NCBI RefSeq assembly: GCF_036971445.1
Contig: NC_091469.1
Location: forward strand, 157,976,001-158,040,000
Source of the DNA: Narcine bancroftii
Lineage: Eukaryota
Reading direction: 5' to 3'
Length of the DNA stretch: 64,000 nt
Shown here: positions 1 through 10,005 of the stretch, in pieces
Numbering within the stretch: position 1 is the stretch's first letter
How the letters are laid out: every line of letters begins with the position of its first letter
The notes under the pieces: model-generated
Seen by the model: the letters and a program-made list of their open reading frames with translations, nothing else
Database searches by the model: none
What the model was told of the DNA's origin: nothing
Program-made: the position numbers and the translations under genes

Positions 1-1471
1 AGGAGGGGAGGAATTAATAAATCTTTAAATGATTTATAGAATTCTATTGGGAATCCATCCTCTCCTGGTGTTTTATTATTTTGTAGTTTTTTTATTATCT
101 CTTGTATTTCTACTATTTCAAATGGTTCTGTTAATTTATTCTGTTCCTCTATTTGTAATTTTGGTAGTTCAATTTTAGTTAAAAATTCATCTATTTTGTC
201 TTCTTTCCCATCGTTTTCAGTTTGGTATAATTGTTTGTAGAATTCTCTGAAGTTTTCATTAATCTCCGTTGGATTATATGTGATTTGTTTGTCTTTTTTC
301 CTTGATGCCAATACCATTTTCTTAGCTTGTTCTGTCTTAAGCTGCCATGCTAGAATTTTGTGCGTTTTTTCTCCTAGTTCATAATATTTCTGTTTTGTCT
401 TCATTATGTTCTTCTCCACCTTATATGTTTGAGTGTTTCATATTTTATTTTTTTATCTGCCAATTCTCTTCTTTTAGTTGTATCTTCCTTCATTGCTAAT
501 TCTTTTTCTATATTTACTATTTCCCTTTCCAACTGCTCTGTTTCCTGATTATAGTCCTTCTTCATCTTGGTTACATAACTTATTATTTGCCCTCTGATGA
601 ACGCTTTCATTGCGTCCCATAGTATAAACTTATCTTTCACTGATTCCGTATTTATTTCAAAGTACATTTTAATTTGTCTTTCAATGAATTCTCTAAAATC
701 CTGCCTTTTAAGTAGCATGGAGTTTAATCTCCATCTATACATTCTTGGAGGGATGTCCTCTAATTCTATTGTCAATATCAGGGGTGAGTGGTCCGATAAT
801 ATTATAGCTTCATATTCTGTTTTTCTAACTCTGTCTTGCATGTGAACTGATAACAGGAATAGGTCCATTCTTGAGTATGTTTTATGTCTACTCGAATAAT
901 ATGAATATTCCTTTTCCTTTGGGTGTTGTTTCCTCCATATATCCAAAAGTTGCATTTCTTGCATCGATTTAATTATAAATTTGGTTACTTTGTTCTTTCT
1001 GTTAATTTTTTCCCCAGTTTTATCCATGTTTGAATCCAAATTAAGGTTGAAATTCCCTCCTATTAGTATGTTCCCTTGCGTGTCTGCTATCTTCAAAAAA
1101 ATATCTTGCATAAATTTTTCATCTTCTTCGTTAGGCGAATATACATTGAGTAAATTCCAAAACTCCGAATATATCTGACATTTTATCATTACATATCTCC
1201 CTGCTGGATCTATTATTTTCTCTTCTATTTTAATTGGTACATTTTTACTGATTAATATAGCTACTTCTCTAGCTTTTGAATTATATGACGCTGCTGTTAC
1301 ATGTCCTATCCAATCTCTCTTTAATTTCTTGTGCTCCATTTCAGTTAAATGTGTTTCTTGCACGAATGCTATATCAATTTTTTCTTTTTTCAGTAAATTT
1401 AGCAGTTTCTTCCTTTTGATTTGGTTATGTATTCCGTTAATATTTAAAGTCATATAGTTCAACGTAGCCAT
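1..1471 (-). pseudogene. L1 ORF2, endonuclease domain and linker; frameshift near 435
   Basis: Motifs TLNING, VQETH, NVYSPN, GGNFN (catalytic GDFN Asp changed to Asn), SRMD and SDHSP. L1-like sequence continues to base 1 in another frame. Confidence 0.9.
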
Positions 1472-1899
1472 ATCATACTTTGTTTATCTTTCCTTTCCGT
1501 TTCTCCATCATCACCTTTCCTTCTTATCCATTTCTGCTTTCTTGTTTTGAACACTTTATAAGACAACATTTCTAAAACATCAAACATTTCCCTTATTCTC
1601 CTATTTAAAACTTCTTTAACCCCATTCTCCCCTCCCCCTCCTGAGTTGCCCTTTATCCCTTGTCGGGCAACCACATCTCCCCTCTCCATTTGGATTTGCG
1701 AATTCACTCGCAAGCGTCAACTGATTTCGCAGTGACCGTAACTCCTCCCCACGCAGCCCCCCCAGAAAAGATTTTAATTTTCATATATAACAAAGGTCAC
1801 TCTCTTAATTCCCTCCTTACTTCCTCTCTTCCCTTTCTTTCCCTTATTAATTCTTATCGATACTCTATATATTTTCTTTTAAATACGGATACACTCATG

Positions 1900-1904
1900 T
1901 ACAC

Positions 1905-1985
<81 letters not shown>

Positions 1986-2003
1986 CACATACACACATAC
2001 ATA
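1900..2003. repeat. (CA)n(TA)n compound microsatellite in the L1 ORF1-ORF2 spacer
   Basis: Directly visible. Confidence 0.95.
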
Positions 2004-2038
2004 TAGTTCGTGGTCATTTTTACTCTCGTTACATGTCT

Positions 2039-3266
2039 TCATCTCTGCTTGTTTTGTAGTTGTTCTGCAAATTTTCGTGCTTCCTCTGGATCCGAGAATA
2101 GTCTGTTTTGATGCCCTGGAATAACTATTTTAAGTACCGCTGGGTACTTTAGCATAAATTTATATCCTTTTTTCCATAGGATCGCTTTTGCTGTATTAAA
2201 CTCCTTTCTCTTCTTCAGGAGTTCAAAACTTATGTCTGGATAGAAAAAAATTTTTTGACCTTTGTATTCCAGTGGCTTTTTGTCTTCTCTTATTTTCTTC
2301 ATTGCTTTCTCCAATATATTTTCTCTTGTTGTATATCTTAAGAATTTTACTAAAATGGATCTTGGTTTTTGTTGTGGCTGTGGTTTCGGGGCTAATGTTC
2401 TATGTGCCCTTTCTATTTCCATTTCTTCCTGTAATTCTGGTCTTCCTAGGACCCTGGGGATCCAATCTTTTATAAATTCTCTCATATTCTTGCCTTCTTC
2501 ATCTTCCTTAAGGCCCACTATCTTTATATTATTTCTTCTATTATAGTTTTCCATTATATCTATCTTCTGAGCTAACAACTCTTTAACTTTTTTATTAGAT
2601 TCTTCTAATTTCTCTTTTAAGTCCTCTACTTCCATTTCTATGGCTGTTTCTCGTTCTTCCACCTTGTCCACTATTTTTACCTATATCTGACATTACCATC
2701 TCTATTCTATTCATTTTTTCTTCTGCACTTTTAATTCTTCTTTTTATTTCACTAAATTCTTGTAATTGCCATTCTTTTACTGATTCCATATATTCTTTCA
2801 AAAAAAATATATCCATTGTCTTGCCTTTCCCTTCTTCTTCCATTTCTCTATGTTCTTCTTCTTCTTCTTCCTCTGGGTTGGTCATCTGTTGTTTCCTTGT
2901 TTTCTTTTTACTCTCTTCTTTCTTATTCTCATTGTTTTCTATGTTCTCTTCCTGTTGTTGTGTTGTAGCTGTCATTCTCAGCTGTGGAGATCGACTCCTC
3001 AGCTGTTCCCCCCTCTCATCAGTGTTTTTTTTTTCATGTGCATCGCGCATGCGCGAAGAGTTGCGCATGCGTGGTTGCGCATTTTTACTTGGCTCCGCGA
3101 GCCATTTTTGTAGTCCCGAGCTCGGGACTTCCACTGACCTTAGGGAGCGGGCTTCTCTCTCCACGGCGGGCCTCCTCGGACAGGTAAGGCCTTCACCTTC
3201 TTCTTCCGACGTTCTTTCTTCTTCTCTTCTTCCCGTTGCTTTTGACTTTTCTTTCTTCGCTGCCAT
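2039..3266 (-). pseudogene. L1 ORF1p (coiled coil, RRM, CTD), frameshifted near 2675
   Basis: ORFs 2595..3266 and 2039..2671 join into one L1 ORF1-like protein. Confidence 0.88.
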
Positions 3267-3792
3267 TTTCTTCCCACCTTTACTTTCACTTTGTTTTAAT
3301 TTTTATGTTTGTGCCTTTGTGTTTTGTGTGTTTTTTTGAAACTTTTCCGGAGAGGGCTGGAGTTCCCCGACCGGCCACTACTCCATCACGTGACTCCCGT
3401 TCATACTTATATTGAAACTAAAGGTATTATGATCATTGGACCCAAGGCATTTCCCTACACACACTCCGTCACCTATCCTTTCTCATTCCATAATAAGAGA
3501 TCCAGTGTTGGATTCTTTCTGGTTGGTATTTATATGTTGATTTAGAAAACTTTTATGAACGCATTTGAGAAGCTCTCACCCACCCAGCCACTTTCCAGTA
3601 TGTGGAAAATTCAAGTCTTCTACCTCTTCCTCTTTCTCTCTTGGCCCATTCCAGTATTCCTTCCTTTCTCACCACGGTCTCCTCCCCTACGTTCTTTTGT
3701 ACCTCTCCTACTGTCATTTGTCCAGTAGCCCCACCTTAGTCCTTCCCCATTCACGGGGGCGTTATGGGCTGTGAGGGAGGGAAGGGTTAGAT

Positions 3793-4164
3793 CAGTGGTT
3801 TTCAAACTGCCCCCTAAACTCACATTCCACTTTAAGTAATTCCTCTGCATCGGTGCTCTGTGATTAGTAAGGGATTGCTTAAGGTGGGATATGAGTGGGA
3901 AGGGAAGGTTGAGAATCACTGCTCTAGACCCAATTGTAACTGAAATATTTTGCTTGAGAAGAATTGTCATTGACCCATTTCCTCTGGAGTTCTGCAACCC
4001 TGCACATAACGAGTCAATGAGGGACGATTAAAACAGTGGTTTCAAACGTTTTCTTTCCACGCACATCCCACCTTAAGCGATCCCTTACTAATCACAGAGC
4101 CCTGATGGCAGAGGGAATATTTAGAGTGGGATGTGAGTTTAGGGGGGCAGTTTGAAAACCACTG
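3793..4164. mobile_element. Composite hAT (Charlie-like) MITE
   Basis: TIRs CAGTGGTTTTCAAACTGCCCCC...GGGGGCAGTTTGAAAACCACTG with a perfect 8-bp TSD GGTTAGAT (3785-3792 and 4165-4172). Confidence 0.9.
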
Positions 4165-4916
4165 GGTTAGATTGATGGACAGCTTTATCTGTGTCGACAC
4201 AACATTGTGTGCCGAAGGGCTTGTAATGTACTGAACACGAAATACTGTTCTTTTTGTATTTATTAACTTCCCTTCCCACCAGTCTCGAAAAAGAGTCCCA
4301 ACGTGAAAAATTGACCGTCCTCTTCTCTCCCTGGAAGTTGCCTGTCCTGTTGAGACCCTCTATGTTCTCTTTGTTCAGAATCCCAGCACCTGCAGTTCCC
4401 GGCTTCCTTTAGTACATTTATTACTTGACACTGAAATACGAAGTTGCACAAATAGGAATATGTCGGGATAGGAAGTGTTTAGAAGCATGTGGATCATGTT
4501 CAGGTAAATGGGACCACTCCGGAATGACATCTTGGATGCATTGGGCGACAAAGCCTGTTCCATGCTCTTTGACTCTTCACTGTTTCTTCATTTTCCAAAT
4601 TAAAAAAAAAGGAACTGTTGTAATTAGTCACTCTCATTAGTCATTAGGAAGTTATTTCATTACCAAGAAGGGTTACAGATAAGAAAACAAAACAGGCCCT
4701 TTGGCTCACCATGTGCACATCAACGTTCACGAACCCACCTTTCACCTTAATCACCTTGGTTCGTGGTCGTGGAAATATAGATCCCTCTTAAAAGTTGTGA
4801 AAGCATGTCATAGAATCATAGTGTCATACAAGTTTAGCTTAACTTGCAAGCACTGACCAAAATGTCCCTAGTTCCATGTCCCTGCATTTAACACTTACCC
4901 CTCTCCATGTATACGC

Positions 4917-5730
4917 TGTCGGACTCTGGCTTTACCTTACTCTTAATTTAGTCTATGTGTGGTCTGAGTCCAGCGTGTTCTTTGAATGAAGTGATAGGAG
5001 AAGGTATTCGGTTCAACAGTCAATTTATTACACAGCACAAGAATAAAACTTAACAGAGCTCTGGGTCAGTCATTAGTTCATAGGTCACCTGCACAGTGAG
5101 CTACTCCCCAAGACTGACCCCTATTGTCCAGTTGGCTCAGTTTATATAGGTCAACCTTATCATACAGAACAAAAGTTGGCTTCCTTTGCTAGATTTCATT
5201 ATCATACAGAACAAAAGTTGTCTTCCTTTGCTAGATCTTTTTGCATAAGGGTTATCACAAGTCATCTCCTGTTTTGCAGATATCTGGGGTGTAGCACTCC
5301 CATCTTAATCCTCCAGGCCAGACTATCCTGTTGTGTTGATCAGAAATTAATTCATCCCCAGATATTTCTAATCACCATTCTGCTCCTGTCTGGCCAATTT
5401 CTGCTGTTCTCTTTAACACCTCCTCCTGCCTTAATCTTCCTCCTAGACTGGTTTTCCATTCCCTTTGTTTCTTGCAGGCCATTCTTTGTTCTGGTCTGGC
5501 CTGTGTCTCCTGTGCTACTCACCACCTCCTTCAGTTTGAGCATTCCTCCTAAATCGTTTTATGCATTTCCTCTCCCTGTATTTGGGAGCAGACAATTTTG
5601 CTCAGCCAACTTTGCTCCATGCTGTGATTGCCACTTAATCACATTCCTCTTTTTCCCTGAACCATGCAGTAAATATAAACTTATTAATTAATCATTTCTT
5701 TCATAATCTTTTAAACCCTAGATTCCAACA
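4917..5730 (-). mobile_element. Solo LTR of the same ERV family as the provirus at 6697-15390
   Basis: Reverse complement of the proviral LTR, TG...CA ends, 4-bp TSD ACGC (4913-4916 and 5731-5734). Confidence 0.96.
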
Positions 5731-5845
5731 ACGCCCAAATCTTTTGTGTACTTTACAGCAGTACCTGCCTCAACCACTTCCTTCGGCAGTCCAGTTCCAC
5801 ATGCCCATATCCTCTTTATAAAAAAAAAAGTTACCCCTCAGGTTC

Positions 5846-6082
5846 CTGTATAGCGCAATGTTGATACAGCACCAGCGATCGGGACTGGGGTTCAAATCCC
5901 ACACTCTCTGTAAGGAGTTGGTACCTTCTCCCCATGTCTGCATGGGTTTCTTGCAGGGATCTCTGGTTTCCTTCCAATGTTTGAAATGTACCAGAGGTTG
6001 TAGGTTAATTGGGCGGCACAGGCTCGTGGGCCAAGATGGCCTTTTACTGTTATGTATGTCTAAATTTTTTAAAATTTAATTT
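5846..6082 (+). mobile_element. tRNA-derived V-SINE (HE1-like)
   Basis: B-box-like GGTTCAAATCCC, V-domain-like core (ttctccccatgtctgcatgggttt...ggtttcc) and a LINE-like tail. Confidence 0.75.
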
Positions 6083-6167
6083 AAATCTTTCCCCCTTTGC
6101 CTTAATGTCCTCTGTCAATTCCCCTACTCTGGGCAAAAGACTATCTGCTTTCCCTTGATCTTCTCTC

Positions 6168-6696
6168 TTTTAAAAATATATACTTTATTTAATATAAAAC
6201 CACTTAGCCAACATATCACAATATTTTAAACTTAATCCAAATACATGGTATTTTATAAAAAAGACAAAAGTACAGAAATACAAAAGAAGGAATAACCTCT
6301 TCTAAATTTCCACCCCCATCCCCCTCTCCCCAGTCCCTTACAAACGAAAAAAATAGAGATGTGAAAACCACAACAGGAGCAACTTCACTTTCCGATACTT
6401 TAAAACATAGAAATATTTATCGGGACCGATCGGAGAAAAGGAATGTTCTAGATTCATTTCAATTTTAATGCTAACAGTTTGTAAATATGGGCTCCATATT
6501 TCACAAAATGATGATATTTATCTCTTGAATTGTAAGTAATTTTCTCAAGTGGGATCCAACTCCAAACTTCTGCAGGCCATCTGTCCATTCCCAGATCCAT
6601 ATTCTACTTCCAAGTTACAGCAATACATTTTCGAGCTATTGTCAAGGCAATTTGAACAAATTTTACTTGATACGCATTCAGTTTTAATTTAGGTTT
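6168..6696 (-). mobile_element. L1 3' end fragment flanking the provirus
   Basis: Similar to the L1 ORF2 C-terminus/3' UTR fragments at 46845-47760 and 57100-57790; T-run and TTTATT at its left end. Confidence 0.65.
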
Positions 6697-7507
6697 TGTT
6701 GGAATCTAGGGGTTAAAACAGTATGAAATAAATGATTAATTAATGAGTGTATATTTACTGCATGGTTCAGGGAAAAAGGAATGTGATTAAGTGGCAATCA
6801 CAGTATGGAGCAAAGTTGGCTGAGCAAAATTGTCTGCTCCAAAATACAGGGAGAGGAAATGCATAAAACGATTTAGGAGGAATGCTCAAACTAAAGGAGG
6901 TGGTGAGTAGCACAGGAGACACAGGCCAGATCAGAACAAAGAATGGCCTGTAAGAAACAAAGGGAATGGAAAACAAGTCTAGGAGGAAGATTAAGGCAGG
7001 AGGAGGTGTTAAAGAGAACAGCAGAAATTGGCCGGACAAGAACAGAATGGTGATTAGAAATATCTGGGGATGAATTAATTTCTGATCAACACAACAGGAT
7101 AGTCTGGCCTGGAGGATTAAGATGGGAGTGCTACACCCCAGATATCTGCAAAACAGGAGATGACTTGTGATAACATTATGCAAAAAGATCTAGCAAAGGA
7201 AGACAACTTTTGTTCTGTATGATAATGAAATCTAGCAAAGGAAGCCAACTTTTGTTCTGTATGATAAGGTTGACCTATATAAACTGAACCAACTGGACAA
7301 TAGGGGTCAGTCTTGGGGAGTAGCTCACTGTGCAGGTGACCTATGAACTAATGACTGACCCAGAGCTCTGTTAAGTTTTATTCTTGTGCTGTGTAATAAA
7401 TTGACTGTTGAACCGAATACCTTCTCCTATCACTTCATTCAAAGAACGCGCTGGACTCAGACTACACATAGACTAAATTAAGAGTAAGTTAAAGCCAGAG
7501 TCCGACA
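6697..7507 (+). repeat. 5' LTR (811 bp)
   Basis: TGTTGG...CCGACA ends; TATATAAA at 7276-7283; AATAAA at 7395-7400; 42-bp tandem duplication at 7189-7267 containing TGATAA. Confidence 0.97.
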
Positions 7508-7510
7508 ATT

Positions 7511-7528
7511 TGGTGACCCCGACGTGAT
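7511..7528 (+). promoter_or_regulatory. Primer-binding site, tRNA-Trp
   Basis: TGGTGACCCCGACGTGAT is the 18-nt complement of the vertebrate tRNA-Trp(CCA) 3' end. Confidence 0.93.
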
Positions 7529-7615
7529 GAAGATGGAGAAGTGATGGAAGAAAAAGTTACGAAACACCGGTCGATTGTGGTGTGGTGATAACAACAAGTG
7601 ACCATCCTACAAAGG

Positions 7616-7624
7616 GAGGTAAGC
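7616..7624 (+). promoter_or_regulatory. Probable retroviral major splice donor
   Basis: GAG|GTAAGC about 90 nt downstream of the PBS. Confidence 0.55.
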
Positions 7625-7722
7625 AGACGCCTGTTTTAACGAAGTTCTGCTATTTGCAAAGATAAATTGTGTGTTGTCACTACTCTGCAAAAGCCCTCGT
7701 TAAAGCCAAAGAATAAAACAAA

Positions 7723-7998
7723 AGGGGGTTGGAGTCCCCCTAGTAGAACGGGGTTGGAGTCCCTGTAGTAGAAGGGGGTTGGAGTCCTCCTAGTAGAACG
7801 GGGTTGGAGTCCCCTGTAGTAGAAGGGGGTTGGAGTCCTCCTAGTAGAACAGGGTTGGAGTCCCCTGTAGTAAAAGGGGGTTGGAGTCCTCCTAGTAGAA
7901 TGGGGTTGGAGTCCCCTGTAGTAAAAAGGGGGTTGGAGTCCTCCTAGTAGAAAGGGGGTTGGAGTCCTCCTAGTACAACGGGGTTGGAGTCCCCTCGT
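7723..7998 (+). repeat. Leader tandem array of about 11 alternating ~25-bp units (GGGGTTGGAGTCCCCTGTAGTAGAA / GGGGGTTGGAGTCCTCCTAGTAGAAC)
   Basis: Directly visible. Confidence 0.93.
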
Positions 7999-8039
7999 AG
8001 CGATCTCGAGAGATAGGTTTAGACACTTGGCCAATTAGA

Positions 8040-8350
8040 ATAAGGTGTATGGTGATGGTTATTTGTTTCTGTAGTGTGTAATAAGTATTTGATTAAGGAT
8101 CGTGTACCATAGTAGTGTATAAGTATCTGTATAAGGTGCATTGTGATAGTTATTTGTTTTTATAGTGTGTAATAAGTATTTGATTAAGGATCGTATACCA
8201 TAGTAGTGTATAATCAGTATCTGTATAAGGTGTATTGTGTTATAGTTATTTGTTTCTATAGTGGATAAGTATCTGTTTAAGAATCGTCTAGTGTATCATA
8301 ATAGTTTATAATAAGTATTTGTTTAAGAATTGTGTACAGTGTGCCGCTGG
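8040..8350 (+). repeat. Second leader tandem array, about 3 degenerate ~90-bp AT/GT-rich units
   Basis: TAAGGTG..TTATTTGTTT..TAAGTATTTG..TAAGGATCGT repeats. Confidence 0.8.
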
Positions 8351-8460
8351 TGTTTATAATAACGTGGGAAGGGACGAAGTATATTGCAGGGTGTCAAAAT
8401 CCTACCAGGGGAGAGACCCAGTGAAGTACGAAGTCTAAAGGGTTAAAGATCAGAACGGAG

Positions 8461-10005
8461 ATGGAAGGAGTAAATAGGGATGTAGGGCAAGAGCTCGGGG
8501 GAGACAGAGGGGTTCCCCCATCTGTTAACTGACAGTGGGAAAAAACAAGGAATCAATTACTGGGAGGATTACCGAAGGGAGAGGAGGTACAGGCTATGGC
8601 ACGGTACGAACAGATATGGAAAGAGCTGCAGAGTCAGGGGAAGGTACCACGAGGGTTTGAAAAAATCCGGCTGGTACTGTACTTAGGAGAAGCAGAGAGG
8701 GAAGCAGCCAAGGAGGTACAGGAACATGAGGCAAAGGGACAAGGATCTATATGGAATAGAAGAAGGCTTAAACAACAGAGAGAAGTGAAGGAACAGAGAA
8801 GGGCAGATTTACACAATATGACATTGGCTTGCATGGCTGTGGAAGCGAACCTTCAACATGATATTAAAAAGGGATCCCATATCACTAAGGAGAATACGGG
8901 GGAGGTTAAGCCGTCAGCCCCGCTATATCCAAAGTTACCGGAGACATTGCCACCACCTTATCCTATTCCCCAGATGTCAGTGATGCAGATAAATGAGGGA
9001 ATAGTGAATGTCACTGAATTAGCAGGTCACGAACTCCAGGAGGCGAAGGAGAGACTTAAGAGAATTATGCAGGAAAGGGTGGAGGAAATGAAGGAGTTAA
9101 CAAAGGAAATACAGAATGGTGTATGTAAAGTGAGGGAAACTAGTATGCGACTGGTAAAAACAAATGAGAAAGAGCAAGAACAGACACTTGAGAATGCCTT
9201 CTCGGTAGGAATGTCAGAGGATCACACCACCCCCACTCCTCACAATAGACAAAAGGAGTCAGAGGATGAGGAGATCTCGACTCTTTTGAGTCAGTGTAGG
9301 GAGAGTTGGACGGATAAAGCAGGAGTACACCCAGCCACAGATCCCTTGCAGACTACACTCTTTAGGGCTGCAGTAACGAGTGGACTGCCAGCTGTAGTTA
9401 GGGAGGCATTAGAGAATAACCCTGATATTCCTGGCTGCTCGAGTGAGCAATGGGAAAAACATTTGACCCATCACATGAAACGTTACAGGGCTAAGCAAAA
9501 GGAGGACAAACATACTATGGAGTCGGCACAAGTGCAACTCCTTAAGCTTCAATTGGAAGAGGCTAGGAAAAAGGCAAACGAGGCAAAAAAGATTTCCTCA
9601 AAGGGTGCGAACCAGATGATTCAGCAGCCAACGCAGCCACCACAAGGGAATAATATGAGTTGGCACCCGGCCCCATATTGGGCACCAGGTCCCACCTATG
9701 TGGCCAGAATGGGAGGTCCAATGGGGGGATTCCGAGTAAGAGGGAGAGGTCGGGGTGCTCCACGAATGCAACCAGCCGTATGTTTTGTATGCGGTCAGCC
9801 AGGACACTGGAAGAGAGACTGCCCCCTAGCTTGGGATCCTCGGGACACTGGGGGAAGGGGATATGGACCACCACAAAATGAGCATTGGATCCAGCCCCAG
9901 AAATCGTCAGTGCCACCCCCAGTACATCAGGCACCCTATGCGGCTCTAGCTCCAAAGAGACAATTCCCTTTGCTGACAGAGGAGGAGCAATATTGCCCAC
10001 AGTGA
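8461..10005 (+). pseudogene. gag: ERV gag (probable start ATG 8461, premature TGA 8530-8532; open 8596-10005)
   Basis: Late motifs PSAP, LYPKL and PPPY; capsid-CTD-like segment; one CCHC knuckle CFVCGQPGHWKRDC. Confidence 0.88.

Larger units (their letters stand above)
1..3398 (-). mobile_element. L1-clade LINE, 5' part (5' UTR, ORF1, spacer, start of ORF2); runs off the left edge; defective
   Basis: ORF1 fragments resemble L1 ORF1p/Transposase_22 (ENYNRRNNIKIVGL...IERAHR...FYPDIS). ORF2 begins with an APE endonuclease. The 5' end GGGAGTCACGTGATGGAGTAGTGGC is shared with the copy ending near 50632. Confidence 0.92.

Noticed and set aside
5176-5691. Hydrophobic 138-171 aa antisense ORF in all three ERV LTR copies (also 6767..7183 and 14649..15131)
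   Set aside because: Two of the three copies (5176, 14649) start at TTG, and the frame is shifted in the 5' LTR. Recurrence only reflects LTR identity, and a purine-rich U3 naturally gives a stop-poor antisense frame.
7723-7998. CRISPR-like appearance of the ~25-bp array and ORF 7636..8034
   Set aside because: No unique spacers, no cas genes, eukaryotic proviral context; the ORF is just the translated repeat.
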